A DNA stretch of 44,486 nucleotides from Thraustochytrium aureum (GCA_012862495.1 BLSG01000337.1:1-44486); one strand, 5' to 3'. Shown: positions 1 through 12,013, counted from the first letter of the stretch. Program-made: numbers and translations. The notes: a model not told the origin generated them from the sequence alone.

Positions 1-389
1 TGCCGCGGGAAGGCGCCGATCTGCGGCGAGGTCGCCCGCGCGACAATCCCGCGAAGGCCGCCGTGCAAGCCGAGCACGCCGCCTCTGCTCCAGGCCCCGC
101 GGGCAGCTGCCGTTGCAAGCATCAGGGCGCAGAGACCTCCGCGTCCTTGCGTCGAGACTGCCCTGCCCGCGCGCTGCGTGGTCTCTGGCGGGAGGGAGGG
201 AGGGAGGGAGCGGACCGAGAGACCAGCAGAACAGAATTCAGGTTGCGGCACGGGACAGCTCACGACGCGTCAACTTTGTTCGAGGGCAGCCAGCGAGAAA
301 GGCATGGCAGGGCTCGCACTGTTTGGGCTTTCTTGATCAGCTGTCCGCGAGAGAAGGCGCGCGGCAAGTCGCCCAGGGACCGTGACGAC

Positions 390-1993
390 TCACGACACGA
401 AAAGCGTGGGCGCCACCTCGGGCTCGAAAACTGCCCCAGAGCGGCGGTCCACGACGGTGACGCCCGTGAGCTGGTGCAAGCCCGGCGCAAGCGCCAGGGC
501 CTCGCAGGTGATGCAGCGCGCCTCGCGGGGCTGCATGACACCAAGAGCAGAGGTCGTCACGCCTTCGACGAGCACGCCAGCCCTCCACTGGCCCTGGTGC
601 GTATCGATTCGCAGCTCGGCATCTATCTGCGTATCCAGCATGTTGGTCACCTCAAAGCTGAGCGGCGTTCGCGACCCGACGCGCAAGGGCGCGCCCGGGT
701 GTGGGACAGACACGACGACGCGTCCCCTGAGCGCCTCGGGCTCTGTGCGCCACACGAGGGGCTGCGACATGAGCCGCCCTTGCTCGACGAAATCGGTGGT
801 CCAGCGCGTCAGTATGCGGGCCACTTGCGACCCAGGCTGTATCGACGGGCACGCCGACTCTTCGCCTGCAGACCCTACCGAGGGCCGCGAGCCGCTTGGG
901 CGCCGCGGCTCGAGGATGAACACAAAGTTGCGCCCAGCCCCGGGCGCGAGGAGAGTGGGCCGGCCGACACCAGCACCTGACGCCACGCAGTCGCCCTCAA
1001 GTGGCGCCATCGAGACCTGGGTCGCCTGCACGCCCTCCAACGCAGGCAGCATCTCGATGTGGGCCAAGAGCAGACTCGACTTGGTCAGGTTCTTCACCGT
1101 CACCTGCGCCATTAGCCGACGCGTGCCGAGGCCTGGCGAGGCCGGCAGCGGCGCCGGCCTTCCCGATCGCCCCTCCACCGCGTTTCCTGGCAGCGGCTCG
1201 AACCGCGCGCTGAACGAAAGCGGCTTGTTCACTTCGAACCGGTAGTGCTTGCGGATCGATCGCCGGGCCCCGGCCTGCGCGCTGTCAAACTGCACGTTGA
1301 CGCGCAGCGTGTGGGTGCCTACACTGCTCAGCTCTTGTTGGATCACAAAGTCGACCGCGTCGCCAGGACGCGCGCAGGCCAGCCGACCATATCGAGAGTC
1401 CTCGATCCGCGTTCCCGCAGGCTCTCGCTTGTCCAGGAGGCTCAGACGCTGGCCAGCCGCCTCCAGCTCCGCTCGGATGGCCACGTTGTTTACCTCGGCG
1501 CAGTCCCCGTTGTTGCACACACTGATGTAGCATGAAAAGGTCTGCCCGATGTAGATCTGGCCAAAGCTGCCTGGCAAAAGCAGGTCGCCCAGACCGCCCT
1601 GCGTCCATCCGCGCGTCTCCAGCCCGTGAAACCCAAGGCCCGGCCCGCGCTCGGCCATGCGCGGCTTGTACAGCCGCATGACCTTGAGTGCGAGCGCTTG
1701 CTCCTCTTCCGTTCGTCGCATTTCCGCTGCCTGAGGCGTGACGCCGACCGGCTTTTGCTGGCCTTGCGGCTGGGCGTATGCAATTTGGCTCACTGGTGGC
1801 TGGCGCACGTGAGGGTCGACTGCGGCGCTGGGTTGTTGTTGCTGCTGTTGCTGTTGCTGCTGTTGCTGTTGCAGGGGCGGTGGCTGCTCTTGCGCGGGCG
1901 TGTACTGGTTTTGAGGCGTAGCTGCCTGCTGTTGCTGCTGCTGTTGCTGCTGCTGCACATACTGCTGCTGTTGCCACTGTTGTGCAGGTGCCG
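390..1993 (-). CDS. TRAPPC13: Trafficking protein particle complex subunit 13; 5' end runs into N gap, polyQ N-terminal extension
   Basis: Translation contains LALKVMRLYKP and LLLPGSFGQIYIGQTFSCYISVCN, typical of TRAPPC13, plus GTHTLRV..RKHYRFEV and a C-terminal APGLHQLTGV. Stop at 390-392. An alternative ATG lies at 1721. Confidence 0.85.
1833..1983 (-). repeat. CAG/CAA trinucleotide tracts encoding polyglutamine
   Basis: Two tgc/tgt/ttg-rich runs on the + strand; they translate as polyQ in the TRAPPC13 frame. Confidence 0.85.
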
Positions 1994-2698
1994 NNNNNNN
2001 NNNNNNNNNNNNNNNNNNNNNNNNNNNNNNNNNNNNNNNNNNNNNNNNNNNNNNNNNNNNNNNNNNNNNNNNNNNNNNNNNNNNNNNNNNNNNNNNNNNN
2101 NNNNNNNNNNNNNNNNNNNNNNNNNNNNNNNNNNNNNNNNNNNNNNNNNNNNNNNNNNNNNNNNNNNNNNNNNNNNNNNNNNNNNNNNNNNNNNNNNNNN
2201 NNNNNNNNNNNNNNNNNNNNNNNNNNNNNNNNNNNNNNNNNNNNNNNNNNNNNNNNNNNNNNNNNNNNNNNNNNNNNNNNNNNNNNNNNNNNNNNNNNNN
2301 GCTTTGGGTGAATAAAAGAATGTTCACTTTCAGAGAGCAGCTCGTTGCTCGTCCAAACCTATCCGTTGCGTTTGTTTTGTTCCTGCGCTTGCTGCGCGTC
2401 GTGCTGTTTCTCCTGCGAATGGGGGCCACGAATTGCTTCTTCGCGGACGGCCGCTGGTACTCATCGCCAGACTAAACCCTCAGAATCTCCTTTTCGGCAT
2501 GTGGGGAGCTCGACACGAGCTAGTAGTGGCTGCCGGCGCAATCTGTGCTCTGGCAGCCCGCTGCAAGCCATCAGATGGCGCGACAAACAGAGACAAGCAC
2601 GCTGCAGCGCTTGCAGTTCGGATTCAGGGCGAGCTGGGGGCAGCTCGGTTGTTGGCGCATCGCAGGCCATGCGCTGATCTGATCTCGGGAGCGCAGGA

Positions 2699-3748
2699 AT
2701 GGACCTCTCCAGCGGCGTGCGGCTCGTGCACGTGTCTGTGCCGACCAGCTTTACGATTGCCATCTCGGTCATGCGGTTTGGTGCGGTCGTAGGAATCTTG
2801 CTGGTCGGCTGCATATTTGCGGTGCTTTTGTACCGCGTTCGGCAAATGCGGCGCATATCGAGACGCTGCGGGGGCCAAAGGCAAGGTTGCGGCGGGCAGC
2901 GTCTCGTTTCTCTCATGACGGCTAGCACTGGATGCTGCCTTGCGACGCTTCTCTTCGCGGCGGCAGTCGTGTTTGGGACCTTCAACCCGCACGTCGCAGC
3001 GTCGCAAACGCTCTGCAAGTTCTTTGTTTGGACGTCAGTCGTATGGCACTCGCTCGCGCTCTCTGCGAGCTACCTGGTCCTCCTCGAGCGCGCCAAATTC
3101 GTCATTGACAACAACCACAGAGCCCTGCGTCGCTTGCACCGCGCTTGCACAGGGGCGGTGTTCCTCATGTGCCCTGTCGCCATGTTTACGTTGTGGAAGG
3201 TTGAGCACTTGCTCTTCTTCAACCAGGGCTACTGCGTCCAGGTGATGCCACCAACTGTTGGTTGGCTTTATCTATGTACGGACACAGCGCTTTCGGTATG
3301 CCTTTTGGTTCTCTTCACCATCCCTGTGCGCCTGCACGCCAAAGGAATGGAGAACAGCACTTCGGGCTCAAACCCAAAGCTGAAATTGGAAGCGCAAAAG
3401 ATGCGAGCGGTCGCTCACCGCAACCTCGTCATTTCCGCCCTGCAGATTGGCTCCACGTTCGTCACATATGCCCTGGGCAACTCCATAATCGTTTTACTGT
3501 ATGACGAGCACGACCCCGACACGATATTCGTGCAAACACTGACGATTTTCGTGATTGGCGTGGACGAAATCTTCAACATCGTCATGTGCCTCATGATATC
3601 AAAAGCGTGGATGCCGCATGGTCTGCGGCAGGTGCTCGGCAGGTGTTCAAGAAAGCAACGAGTCGCGCCACTGCCCGTCGCGTCGATACCGAGCCACAAG
3701 TATCAAGCGACAACATCGCGCGCCGATACTTCCAGCAGCGCCGAATAA
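2699..3748 (+). CDS. Orphan seven-transmembrane (GPCR-like) protein, paralog 1
   Basis: 349 aa with about 7 hydrophobic segments. Cys at the top of TM3 (QTLCK), Cys in ECL2 (GYCV), LLERA at the end of TM3. Clearly similar to the next ORF. Confidence 0.7.
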   Translation: MDLSSGVRLVHVSVPTSFTIAISVMRFGAVVGILLVGCIFAVLLYRVRQMRRISRRCGGQRQGCGGQRLVSLMTASTGCCLATLLFAAAVVFGTFNPHVAASQTLCKFFVWTSVVWHSLALSASYLVLLERAKFVIDNNHRALRRLHRACTGAVFLMCPVAMFTLWKVEHLLFFNQGYCVQVMPPTVGWLYLCTDTALSVCLLVLFTIPVRLHAKGMENSTSGSNPKLKLEAQKMRAVAHRNLVISALQIGSTFVTYALGNSIIVLLYDEHDPDTIFVQTLTIFVIGVDEIFNIVMCLMISKAWMPHGLRQVLGRCSRKQRVAPLPVASIPSHKYQATTSRADTSSSAE

Positions 3749-4432
3749 GCCGCCGAGAGTTGATCAACTCCATGCGAACTGGGGCGCCTCACTGCGCCAC
3801 TGAGGCTGCGCGCTGGAGAGCGCCCAAACCAGTCCGATAGGCGGCGGAACTCGAGTACGGTTGAACGCGGCGAACTCGGCGAAAAATGTTGAAAAAATGG
3901 AAACGCTACCGGTACTACGGCCTCAAAAAGTTGAGCTGTGCTGCAGCGACTGGGATGCCTTGCGGCCGAGTGCTGGAGAGGTCGAATGCATGCCAAATGC
4001 ATCCGTTACAAACCTTTTGCTGATTCATCGAGCAATCCGCCAACGGTAATGTACCTACTTGCCTACCACAAAACGACAGCTGGAGAGCGAGCAAGATGTT
4101 TTGAGCCTTGCGTTGAGCGACCAGAGCGACCATGCTGTAGTTGTTCAAAATCGAAGTCAGTACGCTGAAAAGTTCTTTGCTTTTGTCAATCATTCAAGGA
4201 TTGGAAGGCTCCTCTCTGGACCTTTTGTTCCGTTGCGCTGGTCGCTTACCATTCTCACGTTTCAACTACAGACCGTGAGCCAAAGCACGCGCGCGCGAGT
4301 GAGCAGTGCTGCAGAGGCCGCGGTTAGGCCTCCAGACGTGGCTCCCGCCAAGCGCCAACGCAAGCCGGCTGTGCGGCAAGCGGCCTGCCCGCTCCGACCT
4401 AAAGGCACAGGGCAGGCTCGTAGATTTCAAGC

Positions 4433-5511
4433 ATGGTGCGCGCTGACAGCGCGCGGTTTGCCGACGTGCCACCACCTACCAAGTTTTTTTGGCGGCCCAG
4501 ACGGTCCTCCAAGTCAATTTGTGCCTTGCGCTCTTCGCCATCGCGGCACTCTTACCCGTTCTACTTTTCCGTGTTTGCCAGTTGCGGCGCACGGTGAAGC
4601 GCCGGAAGGAGGCTGATCGGAGCAGCAGCGGAGGGCTGCGCCTTGTCAGTCTCATGGCAGCAAGTACAGGGAGTTCCCTCGCGATGCTATTGCTGTCGAC
4701 CATTACAATATTTGGCACCTTCGACTTGAACTCGAAGGAATCTGACCTTATATGCATCGGCGTCATGCGGAGCGTTGTGGTCATGCATTCATTGTCCTTC
4801 TCAGCGGGGTATCTGGTCCTCCTCGAGCGGGCACGGTTTGTTATCACCCCCAGCGATGCCAAACTTTACCGATTCCATCGAATGTGTACGCGTGGTGTCT
4901 TTCTCATGTTCCCCCTGGTCATTTTCACGCTGTGGGAGGCGGAGGACAGCTTGTACTTCAACGAAGGCTACTGCGTTCACTCCATGCCGCCAGCTGTTGC
5001 GTTTCTGTATCTCTGTCTCGACTCTGCGCTTTCATTCAGTTTGCTCGCTCTCTTTGTAGCTCCAATGCACATGCACGCCAGCAGAATCGACAGGCGCAAT
5101 TCAGGAGCCAATCCGAAGCTTCACCTTGAAGCGACGAGGATGAGGGCTGTCGCGCGTCGGAACCTTGTCATCTCGTCGGTCCAAATCAGCTCCACGTTCG
5201 TCGCGTTCCTGGTCAGCGCTGCGCTTTCCTTAGCGCTAGTAGATGCAGACGACCCTGACACAGCTTTCGTTCATCAGATTGTCGCAATCTTCGTAGGCTC
5301 AGACATGGTGTTCAACGTCTTCAGCGCTCTATGGATAACTACAGCATGGCTGCCACCCGAGCTTACCAGGGCCCTGCGTAGGTTGTTTGGCAAACGCAGT
5401 GCTGCGATAGCGGCCGCAATGTCATCACACAAGCACGATGGAGAGAAGACGACGCTTGCAAATTCAACCGCAACCGAGGGCTTGGCAAGCGCCACGAGCT
5501 CGATGCACTAA
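4433..5511 (+). CDS. Orphan seven-transmembrane (GPCR-like) protein, paralog 2; probable 1-nt error in T7 run 4484-4490
   Basis: Shares RLVSLMxASTG, YLVLLERAxFVI, FNxGYCV, NPKLxLEA.MRAVA.RNLVIS and DPDTxFV with paralog 1. ATG 4433 gives MVRADSARFADVPPPTKF, which aligns with the paralog 1 N-terminus and joins the 4489 ORF if one T is added. Confidence 0.7.
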
Positions 5512-6419
5512 TCCCCAGCAGGTCGTTCATTTGCTGACGGCAGAGGATACGGAAAATTTGGATTTTTGGAATGCTCTTGCAATTTGCTTGTACTTCATGA
5601 TCAGCGCCAAGGTGAACATCACCTTCCGCCAAGTCATGCTGATCCNNNNNNNNNNNNNNNNNNNNNNNNNNNNNNNNNNNNNNNNNNNNNNNNNNNNNNN
5701 NNNNNNNNNNNNNNNNNNNNNNNNNNNNNNNNNNNNNNNNNNNNNNNNNNNNNNNNNNNNNNNNNNNNNNNNNNNNNNNNNNNNNNNNNNNNNNNNNNNN
5801 NNNNNNNNNNNNNNNNNNNNNNNNNNNNNNNNNNNNNNNNNNNNNNNNNNNNNNNNNNNNNNNNNNNNNNNNNNNNNNNNNNNNNNNNNNNNNNNNNNNN
5901 NNNNNNNNNNNNNNNNNNNNNNNNNNNNNNNNNNNNNNNNNNNNNNNNNNNNNNNNNNNNNNNNNNNNNNNNNNNNNNNNNNNNNNNNNNNNNNNNNNNN
6001 NNNNNNNNNNNNNNNNNNNNNNNNNNNNNNNNNNNNNNNNNNNNNNNNNNNNNNNNNNNNNNNNNNNNNNNNNNNNNNNNNNNNNNNNNNNNNNNNNNNN
6101 NNNNNNNNNNNNNNNNNNNNNNNNNNNNNNNNNNNNNNNNNNNNNNNNNNNNNNNNNNNNNNNNNNNNNNNNNNNNNNNNNNNNNNNNNNNNNNNNNNNN
6201 NNNNNNNNNNNNNNNNNNNNNNNNNNNNNNNNNNNNNNNNNNNNNNNNNNNNNNNNNNNNNNNNNNNNNNNNNNNNNNNNNNNNNNNNNNNNNNNNNNNN
6301 NNNNNNNNNNNNNNNNNNNNNNNNNNNNNNNNNNNNNNNNNNNNNNNNNNNNNNNNNNNNNNNNNNNNNNNNNNNNNNNNNNNNNNNNNNNNNNNNNNNN
6401 NNNNNNNNNNNNNGCGAAC

Positions 6420-8620
6420 ATGGCCGGCGCGAAGAAGAAGGACAATGAGGTGGGCGAGGAGGCTTTTCAGGAGCTCCTTACGCAAACGGCGAGCGAATTG
6501 CAAGCCGAGGCCGCAAAGACCATGGTCGACGAAGCGCACCTCAAGGCGGCGCGACAGCTTTACGAGGAGTATCTAGTCAGTCGCGAGGTCCCCTTCACGG
6601 TCGACCGCGCCATCGAGCAGCTCCTCGACGTCGTGCAGCTGGCCTTTATCAGACCCGACCTTGGGGAAAGCCCTGAAAGCCTTGCGTCAGGCTGGAAGCT
6701 GTCGATGATAGAGGCGCCGCAGAGCAGTCCCTTGGATACTGGTCTCGCGGCGCCATTCCGACGAAACGCGCCAAGAAGAAGAACAAGGCGCTGGAGGCCG
6801 GCAACGGCCCGGTAAGCCGCCTCCCAAGCGAATCCGGCAGGTCCAAGACGCGCTCCGTGGCCAGCCGGCTGAGGGGCAATGCAATCGGGAACGCCAGAAT
6901 TCGCGAGGAGTCCGCTGACAGCAAATCCAGCAACCGCAAGCGGGGCCAGCAGGCAGACTTTATCGTGCGCCTTAGCACACCGGAAGAAACCGCAGCAAAC
7001 AACTCGAGACTCGCGCACATGGCAAGCCACAGCCGGAGGATGAACGAGCCGAGCGACGCCGACACCGACGACAGGCACATGGCCTTGCAAGAGATCGAAG
7101 ACAAGAAGCGCGCCATCGAGGAGGCTCGCGCCAAGGTGCTCGAGCAAGAAAAGGCCGAGGAGGCGCGAGCCGAGCAGCTAGCACGAGAACTGAAAGGCAA
7201 AGACTTTTGCCTTGACGAAACGGCGAAATCATTATCGTCCAAGCCATCAGCGGGGACAAGCTGCCAGGGACGCGCTATGACCTCGACCACCAGGTCGTGC
7301 AGGACGACGACGAAGAAGAGATGGAAAAGCAGGCTGACATTGTCGTCATGCAAGATGCCTCTCCGAGGCGAGTTGGGCCGCTGGAGGTAGCGCTGGCGGA
7401 GATCAAAGTAGCCCGGACGCCGCCGCGCCGCCTCCAGCGAGCAGGACCAACAACGAGTTTTTCCGCAGCGCGGAGAGCTTTCAACAGAGCGTTCTGAAAA
7501 ACCCGGCGCTGGACGTTGCAGCAGGCGTCTCAATCAGAGAAGGAGCCGCGGGAAAAGACAGGGCCCGCTATTGCAGATGAAGGAAACCGCATGAGCCGCC
7601 AGGCATTCCAGGTGCACCAGACCATGCTAGAGTCCAGCTACATGCCGATCGGTCTGCCCTCTGGAACAGCAGCAACGGTGCCAGAGGTTGCAGCTGGTAT
7701 TGCTGAAGGCTCTGCCAGCGGTCCGACACAGCCACAGCCCAGTGCCGTTGCGCAGCATTCTCAAAGCGGGGTTGCTCTGCCGGGGATCCAGCCAACCGAG
7801 CAAGCCACGGGAAGCTCTGACGGCGTCGACCGCGACCTCGACGCCGCCTCAAGCCGAAGGAGCTCGGCATCGTCTGTCGGACAAGGGGCGCCAGGTCGGT
7901 GCTGGCCNNNNNNNNNNNNNNNNNNNNNNNNNNNNNNNNNNNNNNNNNNNNNNNNNNNNNNNNNNNNNNNNNNNNNNNNNNNNNNNNNNNNNNNNNNNNN
8001 NNNNNNNNNNNNNNNNNNNNNNNNNNNNNNNNNNNNNNNNNNNNNNNNNNNNNNNNNNNNNNNNNNNNNNNNNNNNNNNNNNNNNNNNNNNNNNNNNNNN
8101 NNNNNNNNNNNNNNNNNNNNNNNNNNNNNNNNNNNNNNNNNNNNNNNNNNNNNNNNNNNNNNNNNNNNNNNNNNNNNNNNNNNNNNNNNNNNNNNNNNNN
8201 NNNNNNNNNNNNNNNNNNNNNNNNNNNNNNNNNNNNNNNNNNNNNNNNNNNNNNNNNNNNNNCCGCGGAGGGCGCGGATTTGTTCCTGCTGCGCTGCCTG
8301 TCTTGTCGGCACGGTCGCCCAAGTCCCCGGGCGAGCCGAGCTCTCCGCTGAGTCCGGGCCTATTGGTTTCGCCGCGTCGCGTTCGCGAGCGGATGAGTGT
8401 GGACACAGCAAACGGGTCCAAACACCTTCCACCGCCGGTCTTGTCGCCCACGTTGGAGCCTGAAAGACAGCCGATCGACTCGGTCGAGTACGTGCGCGAG
8501 TTTGAGAGCGCATTGGAAGCCGGGAGCATCCGGGTCGAGTCGGACCGCGCCTACCGGTTGCTGGGTCTCGCGAAGAACGGTGGGTCTGCCTCTGCAAACT
8601 TAAACAGTGCAAAGGCATAG
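6420..8620 (+). CDS. Hypothetical protein, possibly C2orf81/DUF4639-like N-terminus; several frameshifts and an internal gap
   Basis: Consecutive + ORFs (6420, 6857, 7297, 7516, post-gap to 8620) join after small indel repairs (e.g. near 6738 and 7218), giving W..EAPQSSPLDxWSRGAIP and ELKGKDFCLDENGEIIIV. The family call is from memory of the motif and is unverified. Confidence 0.5.
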
Positions 8621-8967
8621 TTACTCGCGTTGGGCGGTCTCGCGCTTGGGCCAGGTTCGCCACTCTCTAGCTAGAGCTAGGCTAGTTGAGCTACGAATTC
8701 CGCTTCTATGTCAACGTCTCTAGCTAGCGCTAGAGAGACTACAACATACCCCACTTTGCTTTCCCTTCTTGTAGCTCTAGCTAGCTAGCACTTAGGTTTT
8801 CCCCGTCGCCGGTCCTGCGGCGCCTCCGTCCCAGGGCAGCCAGGGACCGGTCCGCTACGGGTTGACATGACAAGAAACTACACTTTTGCTTGTTCACTGC
8901 TCGAGCTAATAGAGCTGGCGCTCTACTTCACTCCACCGTAACTAAAGAAGGGCTCGAGAGCCTCTAG

Positions 8968-10571
8968 CTAGAGGGCGACGCCGCTGGGGAAATCCAGGCC
9001 AGCGTCAAGAGCCGCGTCCGAAGCTTGCCTTGCAGCTGCAGAGGCCTGCATTGCCCGTTCGGTTGCCTCAGCGGCGAGAGCCGCTTCGACTCCGCGAGGC
9101 GTGTTTGCAAGCACCCCGTCAGCCTCCCAAAGCTGGAACGCCTCCTCCAGGGAGCGGTAGGAAGCCAAGACCACCAGAATGAAGCTGAAGAACAAGAGCA
9201 GCCCGTGCACCACCTTGGAGCGCCGCGTCAGCCTGGAGCCAAAGAGTTTCAGGTAGAAGGCGAGGGGGAAAATGAGCACGAGGAAGCCCGCGCACAACGA
9301 CCCCACGAGCGACTGGAAAAGCCCAAAGTACGGCAGGCACACGGCCAGAATGACCGTGAGGAGCACCAAGCCGCTACGGACGAGCAGCGAGCGGCCCTCG
9401 ACGTACTGCTCTAGCTCGACGGCGACCGGCTCAAGCGGAAGCGCGTACGTGAGCCATTTTTTCAGCGTCACTGCGAGGGTGATGATGGTCTTGAGCCACG
9501 CGAACGGGAGGTTGAGCGAAACTTGGTCGCTCGTGTTTTGCGCAAAGAGGTAGTAACCCGTTGCGCCAACCAGAAACTTGAGCAGGTAGCCCGACGCGTA
9601 AACCTTGTCGAAGAGCGCCCCGGCGTCGTTGGGGGTGCGCATGTCGCGGTAGATGGTGAGCAGCGTGCCGTGCATGGCGAACGCAAAGATCATGTTGCCC
9701 ACAGCCTGGACGCGAAAGCGCACCAAGTGGTACTCGTTGTGCTCGAGCGATTCTGGCGCCGTGCTCACCGCCGCGTAGAGCACGGCGACGACGAGCGCGA
9801 TCATGATGTACGAGCCGAGCGCGCTGAGAAACGTCAGCTTTTGCAGCTTGAGCCAGACCGTCGGCAGCAGCGTCAGCGCGGTGAGCAAGATCCACCACGT
9901 AGGGCTCAGGAGGCCGGGGTAGATCTCCGCCATGTTGGTTGCGATAAAGATCAGGAACAGGGCGCTGCTCGCCACGAGGTCCAGATACAGCACGTAGTTG
10001 ACAAAGCGCGCCCCTTGTGCCCGAACGCGGCCTCCCCGATGTCCGGGTAGGTGTTGAGCACGCGGACCAGNNNNNNNNNNNNNNNNNNNNNNNNNNNNNN
10101 NNNNNNNNNNNNNNNNNNNNNNNNNNNNNNNNNNNNNNNNNNNNNNNNNNNNNNNNNNNNNNNNNNNNNNNNNNNNNNNNNNNNNNNNNNNNNNNNNNNN
10201 NNNNNNNNNNNNNNNNNNNNNNNNNNNNNNNNNNNNNNNNNNNNNNNNNNNNNNNNNNNNNNNNNNNNNNNNNNNNNNNNNNNNNNNNNNNNNNNNNNNN
10301 NNNNNNNNNNNNNNNNNNNNNNNNNNNNNNNNNNNNNNGCCAACAGCGCCAGCAGGATCAGGCCTGCCCAGCCAAGCTCCTTGAGCGCGTAAGGGATCGT
10401 CAGCGTCCCGAGGCCGAGCACGAGCGTCATGCAGTGCCAAAACGCCTGCTGCGTCGTCAGCAAGTCGCCGTAGCTCCACTTCCGCGGCCGCTGGCTTTTG
10501 GCCCGGTTCTCTTTGGGCCAGAGCCCTCCGTCGGGCACGGCCCCCCCATTCTCCTCGTTCGCCGCCATCAT
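8968..10571 (-). CDS. Amino acid/auxin permease (Aa_trans, VIAAT/SLC32-like) transporter; gap 10071-10338
   Basis: QAFWHCMTLVLGLGTLTIPYALKELGWAG, TYPDIGEAAFG, FAFAMHG...DMRTP and PYFGLFQSLVGS...FPLAFYLKL are typical AAAP motifs; about 11 TM segments. Confidence 0.85.
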
Positions 10572-10800
10572 GCCGCTCAGCAGGCCCCCGCTCGCCGCGT
10601 TCGTAGCCTCCGGCGCGTCGCTGCGCTTGCTCGCGGCGAAGCTCTTCGGAAACGCGCTGAACAGCGTCCTCGCCGACAGCGGCGCTTGCCCGCCGATGGC
10701 AGTCCCCGCCGCTGCGCGCCCGCTCTGCCCGCCGCGTCCATCCGGCGCTTCAGGGCGCCTCTCGACCGCGCGCCCGACGCACGAGCAGAGCCTGGACAGT

Positions 10801-10878
10801 CTGCGAGCCAGCCACCCTCCCCAACGAACTAACCCAGCCGCCGCGCCGCCCTAACCCACCGCCCACACGCACACTCAC
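10801..10878 (-). other. Putative 78-nt 5'-region intron of the amino acid transporter gene
   Basis: The minus strand reads GTGAGT...CGCAG; no clear CTRAC branch point. Confidence 0.35.
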
Positions 10879-10886
10879 CACAGCCT

Positions 10887-10995
10887 CGCAGACGCGCAGA
10901 CGCGCAGACGCGCAGACGCGCACGCACGCACGGACACGCACACAGGCACGCACGGGCAGGCACGCACGGACGGGCACGGGCAGGCACGCGGGCAC
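10887..10995. repeat. (CGCAGACG)4 followed by degenerate GCAC microsatellite
   Basis: Directly visible tandem units. Confidence 0.8.
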
Positions 10996-11161
10996 GACGA
11001 CGAGGACGCACTCGGCCTGCTCGCTTTGTCCCCGCGGCGCTGCGGCTCGTTGCGCCCGGGTCTTGGCCGCGAGGAAGCCGGACGGCGCTGGCGTCGCTGC
11101 CAGGCCTTTGCGCGCCCGGTCGGTACTTGGCTCTGGAGCTAGAGCTACCTGCGCGAGGAGG

Positions 11162-11221
11162 ATCCGTCCGTCCATCCATCCATCCATCCATCTATCCATC
11201 CATCTATCCATCCATCCATCC
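11162..11221. repeat. (ATCC)n tetranucleotide microsatellite
   Basis: About 15 ATCC/ATCT/GTCC units. Confidence 0.9.
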
Positions 11222-11373
11222 GTGGGGTGTCGCGGGCATCACTCGGCAGGCGGAGACGGGAGGCGTTGCTGCGCGAGACGGAGGCCGCGCGCTGGAGACG
11301 CCGGCTGAAAAGCCCCAAGACCAGCTACGGAGGGACTGGACCGGCAACCAGAGGTCTGAAGCTGGCGAAGGGC

Positions 11374-11467
11374 TTGACGAGCGGTGCTGTTGAATTCCAC
11401 GTTGGACGAGCGGTGCTGTTGAATTCTACGTTGGACGAGCGGTGCTGTTGAAGCCTACGTTGGACGA
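11374..11467. repeat. 29-bp tandem repeat, about 3.2 copies
   Basis: GACGAGCGGTGCTGTTGAA(TTCC/TTCT/GCCT)ACGTTG at 11376, 11405 and 11434; partial copy at 11463. Confidence 0.9.
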
Positions 11468-12013
11468 TTTTCGTTGTACGCACCTGCGCGGCCTCGATCG
11501 CTGCCTGCTTTCGCGCTCCGTGAGCCGCCTCGATGGCACCCCGCCTCCAGGCATCTTCCTCTCTCTATCCATTCGTTGTATCCTGCGCGCCGGGCTGAGA
11601 GGTCCGTGCGAGCGGCTCGCGAGCAATGATGGCAGCTGCCGGCGGGATGGCGTAGCGTGACCATCGCCCATGCCATTTCGCGTGTCGTATTTCGCGCCGC
11701 TTATTTCATTCGCGCAGCTTGGTTCGCTCTCGTACCGGCTTGCGGAAGTCCTTCCAACCAACGATTAACGCCCGTCCACGCATCTCGTATGCAAAAAACA
11801 GCGGGCTCATGGGCCGGGCATGGGCACGCTCAGGCAAGTTGAGTTTGAGCCGGTGCAAGGCGTGCGGGGCGCGGCGCTCCAGGAAAGCTGGGCCTTGCGC
11901 AGTTGCACCGACATGCAGAGGCGAGCGTACGTTTCTTTCCTGAATCAATCAAACGCACGTCAAGGATGGCCACTTGCGCACGTGGGACGATTGAACCGCC
12001 CACGTCAGGCCGG

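Noticed and set aside
5363..6576. Long ORFs spanning N gaps
   Set aside because: Their length is an artefact of N codons. The 130 bp before the gap could be a minus-strand C-terminus, but it cannot be supported.
8809..8852. CCGGTCC...GGACCGG stem as a tRNA or ncRNA
   Set aside because: Only a 7-bp GC stem, with no cloverleaf or T-loop consensus.
11374..11467. 29-bp repeat as a CRISPR array
   Set aside because: Units are directly adjacent with no unique spacers, there are no cas genes, and the context is eukaryotic.
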